Shown here in pieces: positions 17,586-25,684 of a stretch of DNA of 32,000 nucleotides. Positions within the stretch are counted from its first letter, which is position 1. Each line of letters begins with the position of its first letter. Source of the DNA: Candidatus Pacearchaeota archaeon (GTDB lineage: Archaea; Nanobdellota; Nanobdellia; Pacearchaeales; GW2011-AR1); NCBI GenBank assembly GCA_016186425.1, contig JACPLR010000005.1, positions 27,312 to 59,311 on the forward strand. Reading direction: 5' to 3'. The position numbers were made by a program, and so were the translations under genes. The notes beneath the pieces are model-generated. The model worked only from the letters and a program-made list of their open reading frames with translations. It was not told where the DNA came from and ran no database searches.

Positions 17586-17825
17586 TTAATTTCTTGATTT
17601 TTTATATCTTATTTCATTTAAAACATTTGCTAAATATCCTATAAAGTATCTTTTAATCATCTCTCTATCTTCACCGCTGCTAATCATAATATGTCTAATA
17701 TAAGTCCCACAAGGAGGCTCTATACCTCCATAATTAAAAGATAAATTTGCTAGACTATCATATTCACTTGGCCTTCTAGTAGCTATTGTTCTATTTCTTA
17801 AATTTGGTCTTCCTTGTTTTTCCAT
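17586..17825 (-). CDS. hypothetical small protein (79 aa) between rps12 and rps7
   Basis: ORF track, no family recognised. Translationally coupled layout with the 54-aa ORF. Confidence 0.35.
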   Translation of the reverse strand: MEKQGRPNLRNRTIATRRPSEYDSLANLSFNYGGIEPPCGTYIRHIMISSGEDREMIKRYFIGYLANVLNEIRYKKSRN

Positions 17826-17857
17826 TTTTATATTTTTTATTTATTTGATTCATTTAA

Positions 17858-17900
17858 AAGGAAAGTTTGATAAAGAAAACCTTTGGTTGTCTTTATTTTT
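17858..17900 (-). repeat. stop-codon-abutting hairpin element (RNA sense: AUAAAGACAACC-AAA-GGUUUUCUUUAU followed by CAAACUUUCCUU)
   Basis: 12-bp stem with one conserved C.U mismatch at 17870-17896, 2 nt downstream of the rps12 stop (17899-17901). Near-identical copy at 15258-15299. Confidence 0.75.
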
Positions 17901-18321
17901 ATCTTCTTCCCTTCTCTATCTTGCCCTTAACCAATAATCTTAATGGCTGGTCATTAACTTTAATAACCTGAAACCTAACTCCAGGAATATCTCCTTTTGT
18001 TCTTCCTTGTTTTCCGCCAATTCTTTCAATTACAACTTCATCATGCTCGTCAATAAACCTTTGTGCAAGGTTTCCTGGGATAAATGCAGTCACTGTCTTA
18101 GCATTTTTAGTAAGCTGAACTTTGCAGCACTTTCTCATTGCAGAGTTTGGTTGTTTTGCTTCTTTCTGCACTTTTTCTATAACTAATCCTTTTGCCTGGC
18201 TTGCTCCCTCTAAAGGATCTGCCTTTGCGTAAAGATTAAGCATTCTTGACTTGTATTTGTGCTCTCTCCATCTAAATTTCTTGTTTTTCTTTATAACTTT
18301 TCTAGCATTCATTAAGCCCAT
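17899..18321 (-). CDS. rps12: 30S ribosomal protein uS12
   Basis: [14 protein letters not shown] ... [14 protein letters not shown] is typical of archaeal S12/S23e. Confidence 0.93.
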   Translation of the reverse strand: MGLMNARKVIKKNKKFRWREHKYKSRMLNLYAKADPLEGASQAKGLVIEKVQKEAKQPNSAMRKCCKVQLTKNAKTVTAFIPGNLAQRFIDEHDEVVIERIGGKQGRTKGDIPGVRFQVIKVNDQPLRLLVKGKIEKGRR

Positions 18322-18385
18322 AAATCTACAGAATTGAGGATGGTTTTTAAATCTTTAGTTTTTATTTATCGATAATATTAATCAA

Positions 18386-18417
18386 TTGTAACTAATATAT
18401 TTGAAAATACTGCAATA
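18386..18417 (+). repeat. short copy of the repeat family (ttgtaact + exact 18-mer tttgaaaatactgcaata, X arm missing)
   Basis: Compared with 29745-29816, the internal X arm appears to be deleted. Confidence 0.6.
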
Positions 18418-18464
18418 TTCTTACATAATTTATAATAGGTCATAAGTTATGTTAATAAATAAAT

Positions 18465-18614
18465 TAGTAGCTTAAGACGTATAAACCAGGTAAAAGTATG
18501 GCATGACTTCAGAAAAAGGAAAGGTAGTGTAGGAAAACCTTGGTTTTCAAACATAGCGGAGGTTTTTATTTTGAATCTATAACCTACTAAATTTTTCTAT
18601 GTAAAAAATTTAAA
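18465..18614 (+). repeat. composite repeat copy: X arm + palindrome gaaaacc-tt-ggttttc + ggaggtttttat + Y module
   Basis: Aligned by eye to 15179-15340. Confidence 0.7.
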
Positions 18615-18663
18615 ATAGTTTATTAGTTATTAAAGGTAAATTATTAATTTAATTTAAGATAAT

Positions 18664-18730
18664 CAGTAACTTGCTCATTAAAATTAGGTAGAGATGTGGA
18701 ATGATTAAAGAACTTTTTGAAATCACATAC
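18664..18730 (+). repeat. diverged copy of the repeat family (cagtaacttgctcattaaaattaggtagagatgtggaatgattaaagaactttttgaaatcacatac)
   Basis: Aligned by eye to 29748-29816. Confidence 0.6.
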
Positions 18731-18988
18731 TTTTTTAAGTAATCTATTAAATTAATTATAAAACTTAGTAATTTATTTTTATATTAGTTATTTTTCTAGT
18801 ATTTATATAATATATTCCCCAATATATATTTAAAATAATATATTTTAAACTGCTATATTTTTGTTTTCACTTATTTTATGCAACAAAATATAACTCAAAT
18901 GAAAATATATTTTTATGTCTATAAGTGTTTAAATATAAGTATTTCTGGAAAATGACAGCAATAAAGATAAAATATTCATCAAATAAAA

Positions 18989-20422
18989 ATGATAACAGAC
19001 AGGGCAAAAAAATATATTTCAGGAGGATTAGCTCCTTTGTTAATTTATACTTTATCTGGTTGCGCGACTTTTAGAAATTTTGGCAATGAATTTAAATCAT
19101 TCAGAACTGCAGCAGAAGACCCGGTTCATGAGGTTTTTAGAAATGATGAAAATAAAAATTTAGAGCCTCCAGCAGTGAATGAGGCGACTCAAAAACTCCA
19201 TAATGATGAATCAATGCACGCAATTGCTCATCCATATGTAATCGCAAATAATAATAGGGCATATTTTAAAGGAGAAGTTCCAGAAATAAACAATGGAACA
19301 TTTGCAATACCTTCTATTAATGCCACTTATATTGATTTAGATGGGAATAACGACGGCAAGGGCGATGTTTTAATTTCATATCGCTGCAGAAATGCTGCTC
19401 CAGATATTGCAGCTATTCTTGCTAAATACCTCCCGCCAGCTCCCGAAGTTGATATAACTCCTTATCTTTCTCAAAATATGCTGTTATTTCGGGGACAGGA
19501 TGTTAAATTCGGAGAAAATTTTGGCTTAATTTCAAAATTAATTAATAATTTCGATATAGATCCTAAACAAATAAGAATAAGGTTAAAAATAGTGGAGTAT
19601 TTTAATGATAATACCTATGACAGGGATATGGCCTTGAAAATTTTGAAAAATGGTATGAGTGCTTTTAACTTATTATTGCCAAGCAACCCCCAGGGCAATC
19701 CTTTAACAACTGGAATTTCTGTTGATCCATTCATCAACAAAGATAGGAACGGAGATTTTACAATCTGGGGAAGAGCGCCTAACAAATGGACATATGAGGG
19801 GGCAATAAAATTCCTTGACAGCCATGGAAGAACAGAAACACTGTCAGATACAGATGTTGTTGTTTCAAATGGAACAACTGCAGAATTTAGAAATGTTAAT
19901 GCAGTGCCATATCAGCAAACTTCTTTAACTCCTGCAGCAGCAATTGTTATAGGAACACAATACCGGGAAGTCGGCCCGCAATTAAAATTATCCCCCTTCA
20001 CAAATGAAAAAGGTTTTACAACAATAAAATTGCTTGAAGCAAAATCAGGAGAATCAATTGCCTTAGTAGGCAAGGAACAAATACCTGTGTTTAGGGAAGC
20101 AAATCTTACATCTGAATTTTGTTTGCGAAATGGAACAACATATCTTATAGGAACATCAACAAACACCAGATATAAATCTGTTAATAGGGGCATTCCTGGA
20201 TTGAATAAAATTCCTTTGGTTAGGGGTGCTACAACATCAAGAGAAATTGAGAAAAATACTTCTGAACTGCTTTATTTCATGGAAGTTTTTGATATAGAGA
20301 GACAAGATTCTGTTGGAATGCAGGAAAGAATACAAGAGCCTTCAATTGCAGAATTAAACTCTAATCCAGTTAAGAAAGAAAAAAGTGAAAATAAAGGATT
20401 TTTCAAAAGGCTAAAAAGATAG
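18989..20422 (+). CDS. secretin-domain protein with lipoprotein-type signal peptide (477 aa)
   Basis: The N-terminus LLIYTLSGC is lipobox-like. The C-terminal half matches recalled secretin (GspD/PilQ/pIV) hallmarks. These are QIRIRLKIVEYFNDNTYDRDMAL, LSDTDVVVSNGTTAEFRNVNAVPY, YREVGPQLKLSPF, LRNGTTYLIGTS and NRGIPGLNKIPLVRG...SELLYFMEV. Confidence 0.55.
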   Translation: MITDRAKKYISGGLAPLLIYTLSGCATFRNFGNEFKSFRTAAEDPVHEVFRNDENKNLEPPAVNEATQKLHNDESMHAIAHPYVIANNNRAYFKGEVPEINNGTFAIPSINATYIDLDGNNDGKGDVLISYRCRNAAPDIAAILAKYLPPAPEVDITPYLSQNMLLFRGQDVKFGENFGLISKLINNFDIDPKQIRIRLKIVEYFNDNTYDRDMALKILKNGMSAFNLLLPSNPQGNPLTTGISVDPFINKDRNGDFTIWGRAPNKWTYEGAIKFLDSHGRTETLSDTDVVVSNGTTAEFRNVNAVPYQQTSLTPAAAIVIGTQYREVGPQLKLSPFTNEKGFTTIKLLEAKSGESIALVGKEQIPVFREANLTSEFCLRNGTTYLIGTSTNTRYKSVNRGIPGLNKIPLVRGATTSREIEKNTSELLYFMEVFDIERQDSVGMQERIQEPSIAELNSNPVKKEKSENKGFFKRLKR

Positions 20423-20453
20423 TGAAATTCCATCTTTAAACTATAAAGACTAA

Positions 20454-20550
20454 CAGTTCAGACTAATAAATCACGTAAAGTTAATGTCATATTTTCAAAA
20501 TTATTCTTGAATCTCTACCATATTAAATTTCTCATTCGAGAGAAATTTAA
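20454..20550 (+). repeat. repeat family copy: X arm + Y module with hairpin aaatttctc-attcgag-agaaattt
   Basis: Aligned by eye to 15179-15340 and 29748-29845. Confidence 0.7.
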
Positions 20551-20675
20551 AATAATCTATAGTTGTTTAAATTGAACTCTTTAATATTAATGGAGTGATT
20601 TTAATTTGTATGCCTGATTTTTAAAACAAAATCGATAGAACAAGCTATTATTTTACCTTTTAATCTAAACTCTTT

Positions 20676-21119
20676 TTATTTCTCGTTCTCCTGCAGTTTC
20701 TTTATGACTTTTGCAGTTATATCTGTATATTTATCTGACCCCTTATCGCCTTTATCAACTACAATGTCATATCCGCCTTTTGCGGCAGATTCTACCAAGG
20801 CCTTATTAACACTAGTTAGCAATTGGCTTAAAACTCTATCTTTTCTAGTGTCATTTTCTTTCAATTTCGTTAATTCTTTGTAATACTTGCTCTCAGTTAA
20901 TGCCTTGCTATATTCTATATATGCCGGGTTTGCATATTTCGCATCTTTTTTTTCAACTCCATAACGAGTTACTGCTTCAGCTTTCTGCATATTGTCAAAT
21001 TGTACTCTTGGCCTATAACTTCCTTCGTCAAAAGAAACGCTTGGATAAATTCCAAAAACAGAACCAATTCCTACCGCGCTAGCAGTTAGAATATTTGCCA
21101 GCGATTTTCTTGATTTCAT
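20676..21119 (-). CDS. Skp/OmpH-like periplasmic chaperone homologue with signal peptide (147 aa)
   Basis: The N-terminal hydrophobic signal is LANILTASAVGIGSVFG. The C-terminus RVLSQLLTSVNKALVESAAKGGYDIVVDKGDKGSDKYTDITAKVIKKL follows the recalled OmpH/Skp C-terminal pattern (..AV..vA...g.DlVvD....y.....DIT..Vlk.l). Confidence 0.5.
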   Translation of the reverse strand: MKSRKSLANILTASAVGIGSVFGIYPSVSFDEGSYRPRVQFDNMQKAEAVTRYGVEKKDAKYANPAYIEYSKALTESKYYKELTKLKENDTRKDRVLSQLLTSVNKALVESAAKGGYDIVVDKGDKGSDKYTDITAKVIKKLQENEK

Positions 21120-21246
21120 TTATTTTCTTCTTTTTTATGTAAAAACTAATGGTTTTCTAATAAAAAATTAGGTAGTATATATTAATAACTATAAATAATT
21201 TTCCCACCACTTAAAAGTTATATCATTAAGAAGAATCTAGCATTTA

Positions 21247-21286
21247 AAGGAGGGGTTGATAAGGATAAACCCTTAGTTTCTTTTAT
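21247..21286 (-). repeat. degenerate copy of the stop-proximal element, 2 nt downstream of the nusA stop
   Basis: aaggaggggttgataaggataaacccttagtttcttttat aligns with aaggaaagtttgataaagaaaacc.ttggttgtctttat. The stem is poorly preserved. Confidence 0.4.
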
Positions 21287-21288
21287 AA

Positions 21289-21705
21289 TTATATTATCCT
21301 TACCTCTTTTCCAAAATAATCTTTTATTATTTTCCTTATTTCTTCGAGTCTTGACTTATTTCTGCCGATTAACATTGCCTTGTTCTGCTGTCCTGCATTA
21401 ATAATAAGTTGATTGCCATTTATTTCAACATTTTTGATTTGGGCAGGATAAATTATTGTTGAAATAAATTTTTCTGCATCACCTATGTCTTTTGGCACAA
21501 GAACAACTTTAACCTTTCTGTTAAGTATCTCGCCTATTTTTTTTATGTTTTTTCCATTATCTCCGATTGCCATTGCAAGCTTATTTTCAGGAACAGAAAA
21601 TATTATTGTATAATTATAAATAAAGCAATGTTTTGGAGTTATTCCGCTTATTCTTGAGAATAAATTTATATATCTCATCACTCTCATGTCTATGGTTTTT
21701 ATCAT
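21289..21705 (-). CDS. nusA: archaeal NusA-like transcription termination/antitermination protein (two KH domains)
   Basis: Size of 138 aa, KH-like GxxG segments (IGDNGKNIKKIGE, IGRNKSRLEEIRK), and position between rpoA and rps12. Confidence 0.82.
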   Translation of the reverse strand: MIKTIDMRVMRYINLFSRISGITPKHCFIYNYTIIFSVPENKLAMAIGDNGKNIKKIGEILNRKVKVVLVPKDIGDAEKFISTIIYPAQIKNVEINGNQLIINAGQQNKAMLIGRNKSRLEEIRKIIKDYFGKEVRII

Positions 21706-21817
21706 TTTTTACTCTATCTTATTATGCTTTATTAATTTAAATGTTTATATGTTATTGCGCATTATTTATTAATTATCTCTTATATTGCTTAACTTAATTA
21801 AACTAGCTAATAAATTT

Positions 21818-21896
21818 ATTTAGTATTGTATGGATTCAAAATTGTTCTTGAATCACCTCCATACCTTTCCATAATTTTTACATTTATTCTACTTGA
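21818..21896 (-). repeat. repeat family copy in inverted orientation between nusA and rpoA
   Basis: The reverse complement reads gtaaaaattatgg...tgattcaagaacaattttgaatccatacaatactaaat. Confidence 0.6.
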
Positions 21897-21970
21897 CATT
21901 ATTAGGTTAGGATTGATTTACTTTTAAAGCTGGTTAAGTTTATTTTAAATGTTTGGTATATTTATTATCT

Positions 21971-24900
21971 TTACTTTTCCTTTTTCAGTGTCTTCCTGTC
22001 TTTTTCCCTCACTAAAGGCCCTGTAATTTTTACCATTAATCCAGGTAATCCAGTGCCAACAGGAACGGGCTGGTTAAGAATTATATTCTCAATGACACTT
22101 AACAATTCATCTTTTCCACCCTTAATTGTTGCATTAACAAAATGTTTTATAGGTGTTTCAAAACTTGCCTTAGCTAAGATACTGCTTTTTCTTGCAATTA
22201 TTCCCATTCTTGTCATCCCTCTTATCTCTCCATCAATTGTCATTGCATCAGCAACAAGCTTTAAGTGCCTTTCATCAATATCTAATCCCTGTGAACCAAG
22301 AACTTTTCTTATCTCATTCATTATAACCTGTCTTGCAGATTCAATTCCAAAAACATTTGCCATTTCATAAATATCATTTGTAATTGTTCTTTCAGGAGCA
22401 ACTCCCTTCACTTTTATTATCTCGGCAAGATTTGAGCCAGCTGTGAGTATTACATACCCTCTTTCTCTTTTAACAATTAAAACCTGCTTTATTCCTTTTA
22501 CTCCGGAAATTATGCTTTCCTTTAATTTTTCTTTAAGTTTGTATATTTCTTTAAAGCCAAGATCTGGAATACTTAAGATTATTGAATCATTTTTCACGCT
22601 TATTTTATATCCTTTTATTGCAATTTTTTCAGCAACAGTATTTATCGACATATGGGTGTGCCTTATTGCCTTGTTGTCTATTATAAATTCAATTTTTTTG
22701 TCAGAGAAATTTATTTTTGCCTCTGATAATATTTCTTTCAGCTTGGCTTCTTTTATTTTCTCTGCAAGAACCTTTGCGTCTTTTTCATCATTAAAATCTT
22801 TGTCTAAGTGAATTTCCATTGCAGGTGTTGACGGCATCTTTCTTGCATCAAATATTTCAATAAGCCGTGGAAGACCTAAAGTAACCTGCATTTCCTGAAC
22901 TCCGGCAAAATGAAATACATTCAAAACCATTTGTGTTGACGGCTCCCCAAAACTCTGTGCAGTAACAATTCCAATTGCTTCTCCAGGAGAAACTTCATTG
23001 TCAAAATGAGCTCCAGCAACATCAATTCCATCATCTCCATATTTAAATTGAATTATCTGGCCAACAGCATCTCTAACTGTCCCATCATACTCCACTCTCA
23101 AGTCCTGCAAAGCATTAGCAAGTCTTCTATATAAGTATCCTGATTTAGGTGTTCTTAGTGCAGTATCCATTAACCCATCTCTTCCTGAAATAGCATCAAA
23201 GAAAAATTCCTGCGGCTCCAACCCATTCATATAGGATGAATATACAAATCCATGAGCTTTTGGGGAAAGGTCATGCTGCTTGAAAGACGAAAGTGTTCTT
23301 TCATTATAGCCAAAATTAATCCTCTGAGACCACAAAGATTTCTGGCCGACAGAACACGCAATTTGAGTAATATTAAGGATATTTCCTCCAGCTCCAGACA
23401 TAATCATGTGATTTACAGGATTGTCTTCTGGAAATTCTGTTTTTACAGCCTTGCCTATTTTAGTTCTTATCTCATTTAATGTTTGAAGTATTTTAATTTC
23501 CCTTGATTCGTCAAGAGTTTTCCCAGGAATAATTTCAAGAGTTTCGTTATTGTAAGCATCAATTATTTCTTTTGTTTTTTCTTCACCGTCTTTTATTATG
23601 TCATAAGTTATTTTTTTTGTTTTTTCATTAACATTAATATCTTCAAGGGAAATAGTAAACCCTCTTCTTGAAAGATAATTTGTTCCAAGTGTAAAAGCTT
23701 TTTTTATTGCATCTATTGTTTCTTTTCTGCCAAGCTCCTTATCAACTTCTTTTGTGATTTTTTCATTTTCAACACCAAAAGTATATTCATGTGTTAAGTC
23801 TTTCTTTTCAATTTCTTGAGAAAGCGATTTGCTTATTGGAGGCAATATTTCCAAGAAAATATCCTTGCCATTAAAGGTTTTCTTGTCTTGTTTTATAATC
23901 ATTCCTGCATTAAAAAGAAGCTGTTGTGCTTCTGCTTTGTTTACATTGCTTAACCCTAAAAGATAATTCCCTGTGACAGCATCTGTAATTGTTCCTATTA
24001 ATGATGTATTATTTTTTGGGCTCATTAAGTTCTTGCTTACATCTAATAAAATTCTTGCTTCAGCCCTCGCTTCTTCAGTCTGAGGCACATGAACATTCAT
24101 TTCATCTCCATCAAAATCAGCATTATAGGGAAATACAACCGCCGGATGCAATCTAAATGTTCTGTAAGGAAGAACTTTTACATAATGCGCCATCAAGCTT
24201 CCTCTATGAAGTGAGGGATGTCGGTTAAATAATACAATATCTCCGTCCTGTAAATGCCTTTCAACAAAATATCCCGGCTTTAATTCTTCAATTATTTCTT
24301 TTTTAAGTTCAGGGGATATTTTCTTTCTTCTTCCATCAGGCCTTATAATATAATTTGCCCCCGGATAATGCTCTGACATTATCAGTTTTTTTAGATAATC
24401 AATATTAAGCGTTGTAACCTCTTCATTAACAGTAAGAACTTCTGCAATTTCATAAGGAACTCCAACTTCATTTATTTGTAATGAAGGATCTGGAGAAATA
24501 ACTGTTCTTGACGAGAAATTAACTCTTTTTCCAGCAAGATTATGCCTTATTCTTCCTTCTTTTCCTTTAATTCTTTCAGTAATTGTTTTTAGTGGCTGCC
24601 CGCTTCTGTGCCTGGCAGGTGGAATTCTTGATATAGTATTGTCAAAAAATGTTGTTACATGATATTGAAGCAAATCCCATAAATCATCAATAATAACTTC
24701 CGGAGCTCCTGCATTTAAATTTTCCCAAAGTCTTTGATTTGATCTTATTATATCTCCAAGCTTGTGAGTTAAGTCATCTTCGCTTCTCTCTCCAGATTCT
24801 AAAGTAATGCTTGGCCTTACAGTTACTGGAGGAACAAGCAAAACAGTAAGGATTCCCCATTCTGGCCTGAATGTTTCTGGATTAACTCCAATTAACCTGC

Positions 24901-25417
24901 AGTCATCATCTGTAATTTTTTCTAAAATTGCCCTTATTTCAGGAGGGAATATTCTTTTCTTTCCAAGCATGAATGATGTTGGTTTTTCAATCTTAATTTT
25001 TTCCTGAACAGTTTGGCAGTAATGGCATTTTTTAGCATCCTTTGATTTTTTCATTCTCTGTGCAGGGCTTAATTTCTTTATATTTTCCTCATCTAAAAGT
25101 ATTCTTCCGCAATTATTGCAAAAACTTCTTAAAAATGTGTAAACAATTGGAACATATTTTACATGCACAACAGGCCTTGCAAACTCAATGCTTCCTGGAT
25201 GCCCAAGGCATTCTTTTAATCTTCCTCCGCATGTTCTGCATTTTACTCCAGGATCAATAGCGCCAAGCCTCAAGTCCATTAATCCTCCATCTACCGGATA
25301 TCCATCCATATCATAAAGTTCTGGAGTGATTATCTTGGCACATGATATTTTTTTAATCTTCTCCGGGCTAAGCAGGCCAAATTTCAATGCTTTTATTTGT
25401 TTTTTTACAATTATCAT
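21971..25417 (-). CDS. rpoA: DNA-directed RNA polymerase largest subunit, A' and A'' fused in one 1148-aa ORF
   Basis: N-terminal zinc motif CRTCGGRLKECLGH, catalytic NADFDGDEMNVH, and bridge-helix region GRDGLMDTALRTPKSGYLYRRL. Then YGDDGIDVAGAHFDNEVSPGEAIGIVTAQSFGEPSTQMVLNVFHFAG (A''-type trigger loop) follows in the same frame. Confidence 0.93.
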   Translation of the reverse strand: MIIVKKQIKALKFGLLSPEKIKKISCAKIITPELYDMDGYPVDGGLMDLRLGAIDPGVKCRTCGGRLKECLGHPGSIEFARPVVHVKYVPIVYTFLRSFCNNCGRILLDEENIKKLSPAQRMKKSKDAKKCHYCQTVQEKIKIEKPTSFMLGKKRIFPPEIRAILEKITDDDCRLIGVNPETFRPEWGILTVLLVPPVTVRPSITLESGERSEDDLTHKLGDIIRSNQRLWENLNAGAPEVIIDDLWDLLQYHVTTFFDNTISRIPPARHRSGQPLKTITERIKGKEGRIRHNLAGKRVNFSSRTVISPDPSLQINEVGVPYEIAEVLTVNEEVTTLNIDYLKKLIMSEHYPGANYIIRPDGRRKKISPELKKEIIEELKPGYFVERHLQDGDIVLFNRHPSLHRGSLMAHYVKVLPYRTFRLHPAVVFPYNADFDGDEMNVHVPQTEEARAEARILLDVSKNLMSPKNNTSLIGTITDAVTGNYLLGLSNVNKAEAQQLLFNAGMIIKQDKKTFNGKDIFLEILPPISKSLSQEIEKKDLTHEYTFGVENEKITKEVDKELGRKETIDAIKKAFTLGTNYLSRRGFTISLEDINVNEKTKKITYDIIKDGEEKTKEIIDAYNNETLEIIPGKTLDESREIKILQTLNEIRTKIGKAVKTEFPEDNPVNHMIMSGAGGNILNITQIACSVGQKSLWSQRINFGYNERTLSSFKQHDLSPKAHGFVYSSYMNGLEPQEFFFDAISGRDGLMDTALRTPKSGYLYRRLANALQDLRVEYDGTVRDAVGQIIQFKYGDDGIDVAGAHFDNEVSPGEAIGIVTAQSFGEPSTQMVLNVFHFAGVQEMQVTLGLPRLIEIFDARKMPSTPAMEIHLDKDFNDEKDAKVLAEKIKEAKLKEILSEAKINFSDKKIEFIIDNKAIRHTHMSINTVAEKIAIKGYKISVKNDSIILSIPDLGFKEIYKLKEKLKESIISGVKGIKQVLIVKRERGYVILTAGSNLAEIIKVKGVAPERTITNDIYEMANVFGIESARQVIMNEIRKVLGSQGLDIDERHLKLVADAMTIDGEIRGMTRMGIIARKSSILAKASFETPIKHFVNATIKGGKDELLSVIENIILNQPVPVGTGLPGLMVKITGPLVREKDRKTLKKEK

Positions 25418-25423
25418 TTTTTA

Positions 25424-25666
25424 TTAAATTGATTTTATTGCATAAATTTCTTTTTTTGAATTATACCTTATATTAAAATTAACATCATCAATTTGTAATT
25501 TAGATGGTTCTTGTATAGCGCTATGTAATAATTTATATTTATCTAGATATCCTTTATGCTTTTGATAATCTTTAAGTCCAAAATAAGCTATGCATATTAA
25601 AGCAGAGATAAAAGTAATTATCCTTAAACTTAATTCCAACTTATTTTCTTTAGTAGATTTTTTCAT
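25424..25666 (-). CDS. hypothetical small membrane protein (80 aa)
   Basis: One hydrophobic helix (LSLRIITFISALICIAYFGL). Its stop lies 6 nt before the rpoA ATG. Confidence 0.35.
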   Translation of the reverse strand: MKKSTKENKLELSLRIITFISALICIAYFGLKDYQKHKGYLDKYKLLHSAIQEPSKLQIDDVNFNIRYNSKKEIYAIKSI

Positions 25667-25684
25667 TTTGTTTTTCTCATATTA

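Noticed and set aside
18322-21288. Secretin/Skp segment as bacterial contamination or a chimeric join
   Set aside because: The segment has the same AT-rich composition as its surroundings. It is bracketed and interspersed by the same repeat family found across the archaeal part of the window. This cannot be fully excluded without read-level data.
21706-21970. A hidden rpl30e gene between rpoA and nusA
   Set aside because: The 265-nt gap has no open frame of useful length and is largely occupied by a repeat copy.
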